Notes: generated by a model not told the origin, from the sequence alone. A DNA stretch of 64,000 nt from Saccostrea echinata (GCF_033153115.1 NW_026889750.1:39184001-39248000), one strand, 5' to 3'; positions 14,401 to 28,421 are shown, numbered from the stretch's first letter. Program-made: numbers and translations.

Positions 14401-17400
14401 TTGAATACAGACACTGTCAAACTGTATAATACAGACACTGTCAAACTGTATAACAACAAACATTGAATACAGACTCTGTCAAACTGTATAACAACAAACA
14501 TTGAATACAGACACTGTCAAACTGTATAATACAGACACTGTCAAACTGTATAACAACGAACATTGAATACAGACACTGTCAAACTGTATAATACAGACAC
14601 TGTCAAACTGTATAACAACAAACATTGAATACAGACTCTGTCAAACTGTATAACAACAAACATTGAATACGGACACTGTCAAACTGTATAATACAGACAC
14701 TGTCAAACTGTATAACAACAAACATTGAATACAGACTCTGTCAAACTGAATAACAGCAAACATTGAATACAGACACTGTCAAACTGTATAATACAGACAC
14801 TGTCAAACTGTATAACAACAAACATTAAATACAGACACTGTAAAACTGAATAGCAACAAACATTGGATACAGACCCTATCAAACTGAATAACAACAAACA
14901 TTGAATACAGACCCTATCAAACTGAATAACAGCAAACATTGAATACAGACCCTGTCAAACTGAATAACAGCAAACATTGAATACAGACCCTGTCAAACTG
15001 AACAACAACAAACTTTGAATACAGACACTGTCAAACTGAATAACAACAAACATTGAATACAGACACTGTCAAACTGTATAACAGCAAACATTGAATACAG
15101 ACACTGTCAAACTGAATAACAGCGAACATTGAATACAGACTCTGTCAAACTGTATAACAACAAACATTGAATACAGACACTGTCAAACTGAATAACAACA
15201 AACATTGAATACAGACACTGTCAAACTGAATAACAACAAACATTGAATACAGACACTGTCAAACTGAATAACAGCGAACATCGAATACAGACTCTGTCAA
15301 ACTGTATAACAACAAACATTGAGTACAGACACTGTCAAACTGTATAACAACAAACATTGAATACAGACACTGTCAAACTGTATAACAACAAATGTTGAAT
15401 ACAGACCCTGTCAAACTGAATAACAGCAAACATTGAATACAGACACTGTCAAACTGAACAATCATTTTGAGAGTATTGCATTAGCAATACTAGTCCCCTA
15501 CCGGCAAGTGTAATCTGGTTCCCGCTAAAAATTGAAAATGCCATAATTCCGTCAAAAATCATTGAAGTGGAACGAAATGCAAACTTGATCTTTAAGTAAT
15601 CAAGGTAAAGTCACATACCAAAAATCAGCTCAATATCTCCAAGCGTTTAGAAAAAATCGCGGAAAACCCTTAAAAATTGAAAAGATCATAATTCCGTCAA
15701 AAATCAATGAAGCGGAATGAAATGCAAACTTGATCTGTAACTCATTAAGATACACTCACATACCAAAAATCAGCTCAATATCTGCAAGCGTTTAGGAAAA
15801 AAGTGCAGAAAACCAAGTGGGACAGACTGACAGATAAACAGAGGGACAGACAGACAGACGGACAGACAGACCGACAGACGGACGGACAGACTTAGAGGAA
15901 ACCTATAGTCCCCTCCGGTTTCACCGGTAGGGGACTAATAACAACAAACACTGAATACAGACTGTGTCAAACTGAATAACAACAAACATTGAATACAGAC
16001 CCTGTCAAACTGTATAACAACAAACACTGAATACAGACTCTGTCAAACTGTATAACAACAAACACTGAATACAGACTCTGTCAAACTGAATAACAACAAA
16101 CACTGAATACAGACACTGTCAAACTGAATAACAGCAAACATTGAATACAGACACTGTCAAACTGAATAACAGCGAACATTGAATACAGACACTGTCAAAC
16201 TGAATAACAACAAACATTGAATACAGACACTGTCAAACTGAATAACAGCAAACATTGAATACAGACCCTGTCAAACTGAATAACAACAAACATTGAATAC
16301 AGACTCTGTCAAACTGAATAACAGCAAACACTGAATACAGACACTGTCAAACTGAATAACAGCAAACATTGAATACAGACCCTGTCAAACTGAATAGCAA
16401 CAAACATTGAATACAGACTCTGTCAAACTGAATAACAGCAAACACTGAATACAGACACTGTCAAACTGAATAACAACAAACACTTTTTGCTCAAAATAAA
16501 ATGATTTGAAATGCTTTCAAAATACTAATCCACCTTCAGCTTGGTTTTAGATTAACAAAAATTTGAGGAGATTTCTTTTATTCAGTATCTATTTTACTTA
16601 TTTATCTCAGTTTGGTAGTATTATCTGATAGATATCTTGTGGTATCATCTTCTTTGTGAAAACATTCAATAATTTAAAATAGAAGTAGGCACCACATGTT
16701 TGGCAGACATATTTTTTTTGTCCTTAATGTCAAGGGAAAATATAATGACCTTGACCTTGTTGCTAAAATTAGATGGTCAAATTTAACTTAATTGATACCA
16801 TCAATTAGTTATATTGTTCTCTCGAATAGTTGAAAATTTCTTAAGATTTTTTAAATAAACAAAAAGAGAAGAATCTGTCCTTAAATACTATTTCTTTTGT
16901 AGTATGAAACTCAGTTAAAGAGAAGAGATGAAGCTGCGCAGACAGTAGATGCTTACAGGTCAGCATTCGAGGAACAGCTCTATAAAAACAAACAACTTAT
17001 GTTACAGTTGGCTGAACTAGCAATTACTGGACCATCAAAATATGAAAAGGCAAAGGTCATTCTCAAAAATCTTATCCACCTTTTGAATGATGGTAAGTTT
17101 TTTTTTTTCTTCTTACACAAAATACAAGTAAATTCTATGTTTTAAATCAACCTGAGCTAAAGTCTTATTGAGCTTTTCTGATCAAAGAGTGTTCGGCATC
17201 TCTCTGTTTGTTTTATGTCCATTTTGTGACAGTAAACTTCCATTTTTCAACTTCTTTTCCAGAACCATTAGTTGATTTCAAACAAACTTGCCGAAAAGCA
17301 TCTTTGGGTAAAGGAGATTTAAATTTGTTCATATAAGGAGTAGTACTCTCTTTCTAGGAGAGATATATAAGAAATAGAGAAAAATATATTGGTTCCATTT

Positions 17401-19277
17401 AAAATTTTTCTCTATCCACTTGGCCAGAAAAGCCAAAACTAACATGTATGTGAAAGCTTCTTTAAAGACTATGATATCAATTCTGTTCAAAGGATGTCCA
17501 CATGACTAAAATGAGGTTCTACTCCTGACAAACCATTATACATGTATATACATATATTTTTTATGCCGCAACATGAATATGGCCGAGGCATACAGTGTTT
17601 GTCATGTCTGTCTTCCATCCTTCTGTTCTTCCATCACACCTTGGGTTTAGCTCAATTTCAAAGAAACTATTCAGGATATTTTTATCAAACTTTATATGCT
17701 AATACATATTGATGAGAGCTATTCAAGTGCATCAACTTTTTTTTTTTACCCTGACCTATCCTTTGACCTTGACCTAACTCTTTTAAATTAGTGATTATCT
17801 CAATTTCAAAGAAACTATTCATACACTGTTCATTACTTATGAACCCTGGGCAGGGCATTCATGTCCTATGGACAAGAGATGTGATTGGAGTAGATTGATA
17901 TTGCTTTACCAATTATTTAGCTTTTGAAATAATTCTGAATTAAAATGACATATAATAGTATACATTATGGAAAAACATTGTAATTTTTTTTTTATCAGAA
18001 GACTACCTGTTTGAAATAATTACACGTTTGAGCTATAAGAATTATTTTTTTTATCAGATGACTACCTTTGTGAAATAACCAACCAGAGGCAGAATGTCTA
18101 CAGTATTAATGGAAATTCAAAGCCCGGAAAGATAGAGGTGGACAGTCAGTCAGAACCAGTTATGACTGATAAAGACTTAGTTATGGCACTTACAGAGATA
18201 GTAAGTAATACCAAACTGCTTTTTACAATACAATCGAGACCCAGAATCTATGTTGAGTTTAAAACCTCATTTACTCAATAACTGTGAAAATTGAATTCTT
18301 ATTTACATTTGAAAACTCACAGTTAATCAATGTGAACAACAAACTAAATTGCAGAAAAAAAGACTTAGGTTCTTTTGTAAAATTTAGGTCAATCCCTCCA
18401 ACATGTTCATTTTAGTTCACAATATCAAAGTTTTAAAATTAAACTTTCCCGGAATACATAATAGAGTGGATTTGTGGTAATTATCAGGTAATTGCTACAG
18501 TAAAACTTGGTTTTAGCGAAGTACTGGGGACCTTTGAATTTGTTTTGCTATATACGTAATTCCTTATGTCCGTATAACGAATTCACAAATGTTTTCCTTT
18601 ATGTGTGACTGCTGACTATGTTCAGGGAAGTATTAAATATCAAAAAATATCTTGGAGCACTAAACATTTTAGATAAATTTAATTTCAAACATAAATACTT
18701 ATAAAAAAAAAAAAATAATGCCAATTCAATACTTTAAATTTTGGGATCTTAAAAAATCATTATAAGAGATGTATATTGCGTTCTTTTTTACTTTTACGGG
18801 ATACAAAATCAATTCACTATATCTGTAAATTCATTATATCCGTGTTCGTTATAACCGTAGAATTTTTCATTGATTTGCTAAGAATTTTTCTGGGGATCTT
18901 GGAAAACTTCATTTGATTCATACATTCGCTATATCCGTGTTCGTAGTAAACAAGTTTTACTGTATATCTTAATTACTTCCTTGTTAATGGCAGAGAAAGA
19001 AACTTTTCGGGGGGGGGGGGGGGGGGGGGGGGGGGGAAGGGGGGTATCCTGGGAAAATAGAATTAATTGCAAGATATTGTTGTACATGTGCATGAATGAA
19101 TTTCCATGATTTTGTAGTTTCCACTGAAATGAAGGTTTACTTTTTTAGTTACACCAAAGAAATGAAGCATTCGCCCACAAGAAGCTTGCTGCTCAGGTGC
19201 TGAGTGACCGAGTAAAAGAACTGGAGACTCAGCTCAGTAATTATCAGGGGGAGGAACATGAAGAAACATTTTCCTGA
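8424..19277 (+). CDS. CCDC125: Coiled-coil domain-containing protein 125-like, 11 exons, 469 aa
   Basis: Exons 8424-8760, 9427-9482, 10090-10176, 10335-10406, 10679-10764, 10909-10991, 11804-11922, 12192-12299, 16903-17092, 18058-18200 and 19149-19277 join in frame (1410 nt). Motifs GDLGLGFGLKPG, EVEELKTELE, ELAVLGACKC...PCGCA, DAYRSAFEEQL and EAFAHKK resemble vertebrate CCDC125. Confidence 0.88.
11226..11404. mobile_element. Tc1/Tigger-like MITE, same family as 6252-6437
   Basis: TACAGTCAAACCTCGTAATCTTGAACTC...GACCGAGAAAAA...CATATCCATGGTATTC is shared with the 6252 copy. Confidence 0.7.
11596..11763. repeat. ~168-bp hairpin element
   Basis: AAGAAATGAATTTAATTTTTGAA...CATGAAGCGCT-AA-AGCGCTTCATG...TTCAAAAATTAAATTCATTTCTT. 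Confidence 0.7.
11947..12064. repeat. 41-bp tandem repeat x3
   Basis: TGTTTGATAACTTATAGATGTAATATATCAATTTTATTGAA repeated just downstream of CCDC125 exon 7. Confidence 0.85.
13073..14328 (-). mobile_element. 5'-truncated non-LTR retrotransposon (CR1/L2-like), C-terminal part of ORF2 plus 3'UTR
   Basis: ORF 14339-13383 reads GSWNNH...KACKRLNIL...IRPILEYADIVWD...SFIPSTIKLWNSL...CQKCG..EDTEHYFIKC, typical of the region downstream of the RT core. The 3' end has AATAAA and an AT-rich tail. The frame is uninterrupted, suggesting a young copy. Confidence 0.88.
15457..15940 (+). mobile_element. Pearl/CvA-type HINE, second copy, inserted in the 38-bp minisatellite
   Basis: Same subterminal IRs, two core repeats and GACA/GACG tract as 1819-2273. 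Confidence 0.8.
17145..17480. mobile_element. Degenerate HINE carrying a Cg170/HindIII-satellite-like monomer
   Basis: CACCTGAGC-like start, then TTCTTTTCCAGAACCA...CAAACTTG...AAGCATCTTTGGGTAAAGGAGATTTAAATTTGTTC, resembling the oyster 166-170-bp satellite (from memory). Confidence 0.5.
18496..18964. mobile_element. Tc1/Tigger-like MITE (longer subfamily)
   Basis: TACAGTAAAACTTGGTTTTAGCGAA / TTCGTAGTAAACAAGTTTTACTGTA. Confidence 0.7.
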
Positions 19278-21889
19278 TCATTGAAAGTCAGAGATACAGA
19301 GCTAATTTCGCTGAAAAGATTAAGGTTCATTTATTTTAAGGCACCAGTGTGAAGGTCAACAAACAAGATGTTTGAAAGGGGGGGTCGTTTTTTTTTTTTC
19401 AACTAGAAAGTCGAAAGACTTGTACATGTATATGCACATACATGTATATCATGCAGTTATATTTTTCTTAGTAAAAAGTTTTGAAGGAGATTGATAAGAG
19501 GAAAATTGCCCATTTTTTTCTCTCACTGAACCAAGAAACCAGTCTTACGTTCCAGAAGTTCCGGTTGGGTGATATTCATAAAAAGTACCATACAAAGATC
19601 TCAGTTTCTCACTTTTACAGATACTTTGAATGCAGATACTTTTTGTCATTATATACATATAAAGAAGATGATGAAATAAAAATTATTCAGATAATGGCTT
19701 TTGCACATATTAAATTGCACATCCACTGAAAACAATAAGTTCAGTCAAAGTTCATATCACTTGTTAAAAGCATTGCACATAATATTTTAACATGGCTGTG
19801 TGCTTATGAAGTTTGCTGTGATATTGCATAACAAATTTAAATTTGACATTTGACAGTTTTGAAATGGTGCAATTTATTTTTCATGGAAATTGTGTAGAAT
19901 GACACATAAAAGTTACAATCCAGACCTTGGGTCATGCATAGTAAAACCTGATAGAAAGAAAAGAGATAGTTTTTATGAATATACATGTACGGTTGAATTT
20001 TGTTATCTCAAACAACAATAATTTGAATACTAGGGATATGTCGAAGTGAGATGGCAGTCCCAACCACTTATTCTTAATGTTTTTTTACCCCCGCTATTTT
20101 GAATTATTCAATATCTCTAAGTTAAATCTTGATCCCATTGAGTTTGAGAAAACCAGGTTTGACTGAAATGGTACATTTATCTGTTGTAAATGGTATGCAT
20201 CAAATTGTTTCAAGGACAGTTAAATTACATGTATGTGTTGGTTTGTGCAGTATTTCATGAATCAAATTTGTTATAATAAGTACCACATATTTTGATATAA
20301 ATCAAGCTTTTAAAAAAAAAAATTACATGTGAATATTTTATTTTCATTGTGTGCATTTCAATCATTATTTAAAAATCATGTATTTCATTATTTTTTTTTT
20401 AATATAAGAGTCCTATGTTTAAAAAGAAATCCTTTTTTTATTTTCTTTACCTGTATAAAACAATATATGGATATACATTTTATTAAAAATTCAGGCTTTT
20501 AAGTTTCTTGACATCATATTTAAGAATTCCAGAACAAATTTCATTATGCCATATGAATTGCAATATACATGTACATGTAAATGTACACATTTTTGTACTG
20601 TGTACATGATTTACTTTCTTATTTATATTAATGTCTTCCTTGCTGTGATATCACAGTGCCATTTATTTTAGTTCTCAAACATTCCTTGTCTGCATGCCTT
20701 GCCAGTGAAATATTTTATTGTAAATGTTGCTACCATTACCAATGGCATTCAGTTTTAAAGTATTGAGATACTGGGCTTTATTAGCTTAATTATATATGCA
20801 TTTGAATGTTGTCTATTACATTCATTCACTTATTGTCTGTCCAGCATCTTATACTAATTTTTCAAAATATTACTTTTTCTGCAGTTTTTTATGCATATAT
20901 GCATGTAAAATACAGTAAAAATGTAAATTACATGAAGGGTATTAAATTCAATATCTAGTTTTGTTTAATATTATTTTGAATTATCTTTAAAATGATGTTA
21001 TTAAACCATGTTTAGTAGACTACAAGTACATGAGCATTCAAAGTTTTATTTTTTAATGTTTTATTTTTGATGAACATTGTGTCCGACAATTTTTTCTAAA
21101 CCATATGCATATGCCACTTTGTGATATAATTTTAAATGCAAATGGCAGTTCTAAATGTAAATGCATTGCTTTGCATAGTGAGGCCAAATTATAAGCAAAA
21201 ATATTATTAGCATATTATTTTTAAGTCCCTATCTCATCAGTTATTTACATTTATATTTCCAGTGTATTTTCCCTGTTTTTAATGTTTTAAACAAGAAATT
21301 CTAAAGATGATTCGGCCAGATTGCAAAGTACATTATGTATTTTCGATTTGATAAGATGAAAACTTTCTCACTGTGATCACTCCTAAATTACACACTAAGT
21401 AAAAAAAATTAGACAAAAGCATTCTCCTGCAAATCTTATATATCAAGCCCTTTTTGAAATATTGTATCTGTATGTGTTAAATTATGAGGATGATTTAATA
21501 CCAGGTATCATAATCACAAAATTGTTCATGCAGACCTCATGAGTAGATTAAAAAACTTAAATTCAAAGAAAGAAGTTGCTTTGCAATCTTGCCAAAAATC
21601 AATATTTAAAAAAAATTAAAAGTCCAACAAAAGAAGTGGAACTTGTTACACTTCTTATTGCAACTCTAGTGTGTATTCATCAAGTTTGAAATTTAATGTT
21701 TTGTTATTATCATGCATATGTACATTAATGTACATAAGATCCCATTAGATTTTAGTCCCTATTACTGGTGCCTATATTTCATATTGGGAAAATTTGTCAC
21801 AAATTACTCATTGATAGATGCAATGTTGTAAAGTTTGATGTTGTTGTTTGTTTACGTGCAATACATATATCTTTGTTATTTATCTACAT

Positions 21890-21963
<74 letters not shown>

Positions 21964-21978
21964 ATCTATCTATCTATA
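21890..21978. repeat. (TA)n/(TCTA)n microsatellite
   Basis: Direct observation. Confidence 0.95.
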
Positions 21979-24499
21979 CTCTAGATGAGTGCAGCACAGT
22001 GAAATCCCAAGTTTTACAGCCATTGTTTTGAAAAGGAATGTCCAGATATTCTAACAGATTTCAATCAATATTTTTACATAAATTCAGGTTTGCCATGAAT
22101 TAAGCTTCAGTAAAGGGAATTTATTAACAAGGGGTAAGATGGAAGCATTTAGGAATCTCATTAACCTGGTGTCAGGGATTTAGTCTAGTCAGAGAATCTC
22201 AACAATTTAATAGTCTTTAGTGCAATTACTACTAAACACATCCATATATTAGACTGATGATTTAGTTACAAAACGTGGGTGTTACAACTTTTACCAAGAC
22301 ATAGTACATACTACTCAAAATAGGGTGGCTAAAAAGTGTTTGGGGTTCATAAAAACTTTTCATCAAAGATTTAACAAACAGTTTGAGAAAAACAAGAAAA
22401 CCAAAACAAAAAAAAAGAAATGGCTCTCAAGTAGATTTAGGATCTCAAACCAATGGTTATGGTTCATGTACATTTTTTGTGAAGATTTTTTTATGTTAAT
22501 GTTAATCTGTAATTGTTTTAAGTTACTAAATAAAACTTTTTGTATATACTAAATCGTTATTGTCTTATTTCACATCAATTTATCATATAATAAAATTTTA
22601 TTCAGTGATGTGGAGGCTTAGAATTGTCGAATTTTATTAGTTTACTCACTTGAGTCCTTGTATTGTGTCAACCAAAGAGTAGGTCACAGTGACCTATTTT
22701 TTTGGAATTTCTAGGTTTTATCCAAATATTTAGGATACTAAGAGGCTTAGAATAGAAGTGAGGGGGTTGTATCATTTATCAGAAAAGCGATTCTAGGCCC
22801 TTGGGCCTCTTGTTGCTGTTTTTGTGGTAGAGTCAGATATGAAATTAGATGATCAGCAAACAAACAAAAATTTATTAATGAAATAGCTAAGGTAAGGTAG
22901 CTGTTCATGAATTTACATTTCAACAAAATATTTTGATCCCCATGAAAATCAATGAAACTGCATTTCTATATATAGCTTCTACTAGTTATAAGGAAGGAAG
23001 ACATGGTTCCTATTATCTCTCCACCTTTTGGGGAGGAAATATTTTTTGGCTGTTCCTCTGTCATTCACAGAACAGAGACCCTTGATTGCAATGGATTCAA
23101 CCTGTAGTGTGCTGTTGTCCTGACCTGTGGTAAAGAAGCATTTGTGCTTGAGTTTTATCTTAAGGTCAATGTTAATGGACAATAAAATGTTGAAAGTATG
23201 TCCAGAACTAAAGATTAAGCATCATTTTCTAATAGATAATGTAGTTGTAATAAACAGAAAAATCATGCATGTTTTTCAAATCAAGGTATGTAAGACATCA
23301 CTTCCTGTCAAAATGTTTGGATGATAATCTTGTGATAGGCTAACCTAATGTTTTTCCTGCTCAGAGCTGGCTTCAACCATTGCAACCAAAGTTTACAGTG
23401 TTATTTGAGGTGTCTTTTGTGTCGTCACAATTGCCGCTGCATGTGCACTGACCCTTTGCTGAATATGGCTTCAAATCCAGTGAATATATATTGCTATCTT
23501 TGTATCTGTATGGAATTATATAGGGACTATAAAAAGATTATATAATAATATTTTATACTTACACATGTTAGGCATACAGTACCTACTTAGCTCAAGCATC
23601 AGTTGTTAAATCTAACAGATATTAACAAAAAAAGATCAAGCTCCAAGATTTATCAGTATTTATTGAAAAAAAAAATCTTACTGTTTTACATGTATGTACA
23701 TGTATTTCATAAATAATGCAAATCACAATCTTTCAACAAAGTAAAAATTTCTCATACCACAACAACCCATTGTCTGTAATGCTGCAACAGCAAGTACCTG
23801 TACTATATTTATATGTACATGTATATAAGTCACAAAGTCTTCAATCTGTGTACACATCATATTTATAACATGTATTAATCCAAATTTAGGATACTGTAAA
23901 TAACTTTTATTTTGAAGGATTCTATTTTTGAAAGGCAGTACCACTGGAAACATAATCTTCACATTTCATACAGCAATTAAGTACATGTATTACATTTTTC
24001 CCCTATTATATATTGACAAGAGTCTTATTTTCCCATGCACACAATTTTGTGAAAATAAAAAAATAAAATATTCTATACTATTAACTGTTTATCAACATTC
24101 TTCCTTCTAATGAGAAAACTGCAATATGCTTTATGTAGTTTGCAAAAATAAGTTGATAATTCAGGGGAATTTGCTGCAAAGTTTTGATTTATAAACACAT
24201 TTTTTTAATAAGAGTGTTTACCTACAATTTGGAATTATTATCTCTGCAGCACTTAACAATAAAAATTAAATAATTTAAGCCCAGTTTTTCCCCTAACTAT
24301 TTACAAGGACTATGCTAAAGAGATGAAAATCATGAAATAGTTTGAATTACTATCAAAATTAATTTACCAAGTGTATCATTTAAATCATGCTCAGCCAAAC
24401 CTTTATCTTCAAATATACAGTGCCGATGACTTTCACCAAATATACAGTATAAACATTGAAGATTTTTAAATGCTGCCCTGATATCTTAAGACTAAAAAG

Positions 24500-24782
24500 A
24501 ATGAATTTTTACCAAACTAAACTCACAGTGTCCTAATGGGACTGATACCTCCAACTGGGGTCCAATCAAATCATGTATATTCAGATGCACACCACAATGG
24601 CACATCCGGGCAAGTTTGGTTTGGATACCCCTGGAAATAAACTGGAAAATGGTCTAAGATGTGAGCTTACCCTAGAGCTGAACCTTGCATCTACAGATGG
24701 ACAAGCAGATAGATAAACAGATGGACACAGTGATTCCAGTACCCCCCCCCCCCCATACCATTTCATAGTGGGGGTACAATAA
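24500..24782 (+). mobile_element. Degenerate HINE-like element (right part)
   Basis: ACAGATGGAC tract followed by the hairpin CCCCCC...GGGGGTACAAT typical of these elements. Confidence 0.45.
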
Positions 24783-26333
24783 TTACCTAGTTATAAACAT
24801 AACAAGCACCAAACATCTGCTTAAGGTGTATAAGACAATAATAAAACTATCAAAGATTTATATACAGTACAGTATACATAGAAGAACAAATCTTCACATA
24901 AATCAATTTCTGAGCTGTTTATCTTTACTCAGTCACACTAAAGATTACCAGTACAAATACACATATGCATGATATCATATGATCATGATACAAATATTCT
25001 CTAAATAGTCACAATAAATCTTATGATTAAAATGAAAATTTGACAACTCTGTTATTATTTCTTTGTTCTACAAATATTTTATTTTTTCTGAAGGATTACT
25101 CACAATATATTGTTATGTAATAGAAGTCTAAAAAAAAAATGTGACCTTATATTGCTTAGATACTTTTTGGAGAATTGGAAAAATTTTGTCTCAAGATATT
25201 TTGTGAAAAGGTACACAGGGCCTGGTTTTTCAACTGTGTGCTATATCAGTGATCTTAACGTACGCATTTTAACACTCTTGTTATTGGTTTTGCAAATTTT
25301 TTGTACCATGGTAGTTTATCTCTCAGAAGCCAAGGGTTTTGTTTCTTGTACACTGTATATTGGTTTCCTTAAACACACAAAATAATTTATAATGTAGCCA
25401 TGATGTATTACTAGTTCAATGTTAAGTTTCCAGACTTGCGAGCTGCAGTTGTGGAGCAGTACACACATAGATGTAGATACAATAGTCAAAAAATGAAAAT
25501 TTAAAAACAAAACTTGAAGTGAATATTAGTACAATAATAAATGGCGCATATAATGGCTGGGCTTTACCAATCTAATTAAAATTAGATCTTCAATCCACTT
25601 CCTCTTTCTTTTATGTTGACATAACAATAACAAGGAAGGGATTAAAAAAAACTTATTTTAATTACGTTATAGTTTTCCCTTTCCAAATCATTGTTTTTTG
25701 CACTATCAATTTCAATTGTCAAATTGCACAAATTTACATATCTGCTTTCAAGGTGTAATTAATTAAATAAATGAATACTGTAGATTACTAAATTTTCGTG
25801 ACACCTTATTTTCACGAGATTGTTTGATATACATGTATAAGCGAAACAAAATTTTCATGAATTTTGGTTATTGCTCTATATAATCTTTAGTAGTAGAATT
25901 ATACGCGAGAATGAAATTTTGTGTGCAGACGGTCTCACATAATTATATGAAAATAAAGTTCTCACGAATAAATAGTGATTTATAGAATCTAATTCTAATC
26001 TAAATAATGTTAATCACTGGCAGTCAGGAACCACTGATATTTTGTGAAAAACCGAAATTTACACTTGCACATGGTTGTTATTCTTCAATGCAAACATGAC
26101 TTCTATTACAGGGATATGGAACTAAAAAAATAATATATGGAATAACATTTACACCAAAAACTCTTTCACAAAAAATAAGCCTAATTCATGATATTCCATC
26201 ACATAAATTTTTAAATTCATTGCATTGTAGTACCTAACGTACCTGCATACAAATAAATAAATTATCTTGGTGAAATTAAATAATTTATCCACGTGGAAAA
26301 TTAGCAAATATCTCAGCCATCAAAACCCACCAC

Positions 26334-28421
26334 TCACTGGTCCATAAACATATTGTGGCCATGCATCTGAATAAATGGAATCAAAGAGGTTGGAACCTCA
26401 GTTTGGAATGGTATATTGTTCTTCATGATGACCTCAGAGGCCAGACACTGAAGACTTCTGTACTGGAGAGGAAAGACGGGCAATCCCGCTGTTTGTATCA
26501 AAGTCAGTGCACTCTGCCCATCACCGTTATAAACATCCACATGGGCCCCATTTCCAAGGAGACAGGCTAAGATCCCTTCATTCTGGAGCTCAGAGTACGT
26601 CAGGAACTTGATGCTGTTATGTAGTGCTGTGTTACGTTTGTGATCCACTGCATTGATATCAGCTCCACAGTCTATCAATATCTGTACCACAGCAAGAGAA
26701 GGAAATGGTGAGAAAAACTCTTCACTGGTCAAGGAAATTTTTGGATCCACAGATAGATGAAGCAGGCTCTCTCCCTCCTGACCCCGGGGGTTAGCAGACA
26801 CCAGCTGGTGTACAATCCTCTTGAAGTTAAAACTTTCCTCCTCTGACTGAGGAAGCTGGGAAATCAAGTGAATCATATGGAGTGACAGCTGCAGCAGAAG
26901 CTGAAAATCCTCCACTAGGTGGCTCTCACCATTAAACTGGTCCCCCTTCTGGATGGCCATTGCTAGTTGGCCATCAATTATCTGCTCAGTCAGTTTGGCA
27001 AATACATCCAAAGCATCAGAAAATCTTACCTAAAAATTAAAGCAAACATTACATTACTTGTAAAACTGTACACATCTTATACCGAAAAATTAAAGCATGT
27101 CATAAAATTTTTAAGTTAATTGCAATGCATACATGTTCATAGATATTACAGACATAAACAGTACCTTTTCCTCTGTTGCATTGGACTCTAGTTCTACTTG
27201 CATCTCCCAGAAGAGTTTCACCAAGGCTTGAACTGTAAACAAACACTCCTGTTTAAGAGGGTCTCCTTTACTATGCCTCAACATATAGGCATACATCCAG
27301 AGATCCACGCAGCGCTGATAGCGATGGCTGTCAGCATACACTGCTCCACGGTACATCAATCCAAATGTCGTGTCCTTGTGGTTTGGTCCAAGAATCCGTT
27401 CTCTTATCAACAAGGCCTGCATGTAAACATCATCCGCCTCAGTTATTTTTTCCAGTTCTTGCAAGGTTTGAGGTTCTCTTGCATGCTGATATGCATAGAT
27501 GGTGCCGGCTGGGATCTCCTTGGTGATTATATTCTGTGAATCTAGGAATCTCAAAGTCATGGCCTTCTTCCATATCTCAATGGCACCAGAAATATCATGA
27601 ATCTCGTCCACAAGATTTGCTCCCAGAAGCTCCAGTGAATGGATAGCATCTCGAGGGGTCTGCTCTGTATTGTCCAATATGTACCTCACTATATTTGTGT
27701 ATCCCCTTAGTGCTGCCGTTTGCAAAGCATCATCTCCAAATACATTCTTAGCCTTATAGTCTGACCCGTACTTTAACAGAAGCTTCACTGTTTCCAGCTG
27801 ATCCTCCCTTATAGCATAATGTAGAGCTAGATTACCAGAGTTATCACGAGCGTTCACATCAGCACCTTTCTTTATTAGGTATTCACACAGAAATGGGTCT
27901 TGAACAGAGTTAATCAAACATGTTCCACCATTGACATTTGGTTTGTGAAGGTCAGCTCCATGATCAACAAGGAATTTGACAATGGAGATGTTGGTCATGT
28001 AACAGGCTGATCTCACAGGGGTTGACTGAGTATCAGATGGGCTGTTGATTTCTGCATTATGCAACACTAATGTCTTCACAACCTCAAGATGGTTTGCAAC
28101 AGCTGAACACCAGAGTGGCGTAACGACATGGCGGGAATGATCTTGTTCTACCTCATATATCCCACGCTGTTCAATGTCAGCATGGCATTCATCTAAGAGA
28201 TAATTAACTATATGAACAAGTCCTTTCAGACAGGCAGTAAACAAAGGGGCATTACCCATGATTTTATGGGAAACAATCCTCCTTCGCTGGTCTTTGTTGA
28301 ATTTGCGGATGGTTGCTTTCAGTTTATTTAGTTTGTCCTCCTGAATACAGTTATGAACAATGGAGGCATACCATGACACATCCACGTCATCCGTCCTCAC
28401 TGACGTACAACTCGACATCAT
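26334..28421 (-). CDS. FEM1: Protein fem-1 homolog (FEM1A/C-like; ankyrin repeats plus TPR-like region; CRL2 substrate receptor family), 650 aa
   Basis: Coding exons 28421-27165 and 27029-26334 join in phase 0 (EEK|VRFSDALDVF). Fem-1 signatures include VTPLWCSAVANHL, STPVRSACY, MQALLIRERILGPNHKDT, YRGAVYAD, RCVDLW and C-terminal SLQCLAS. An acceptor near 28457 and a donor near 30982 suggest an upstream non-coding exon. Confidence 0.92.

Larger units (their letters stand above)
12302..16483. repeat. 38-bp minisatellite filling CCDC125 intron 8, interrupted by a LINE and a HINE
   Basis: Unit AAACATTGAATACAGACACTGTCAAACTGTATAACAAC in blocks 12302-13072, 14329-15456 and 15941-16483. Confidence 0.95.

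Noticed and set aside
12302-16483. CRISPR-like appearance of regular 38-bp repeats (also the 45-bp repeats at 62 kb)
   Set aside because: Head-to-tail units without unique spacers, in eukaryotic introns, with no cas genes.
19278-26333. Short ORFs between the convergent CCDC125 and FEM1 stops
   Set aside because: Low-complexity AT-rich sequence consistent with 3'UTRs or intergenic DNA, with no splice-consistent coding signal.
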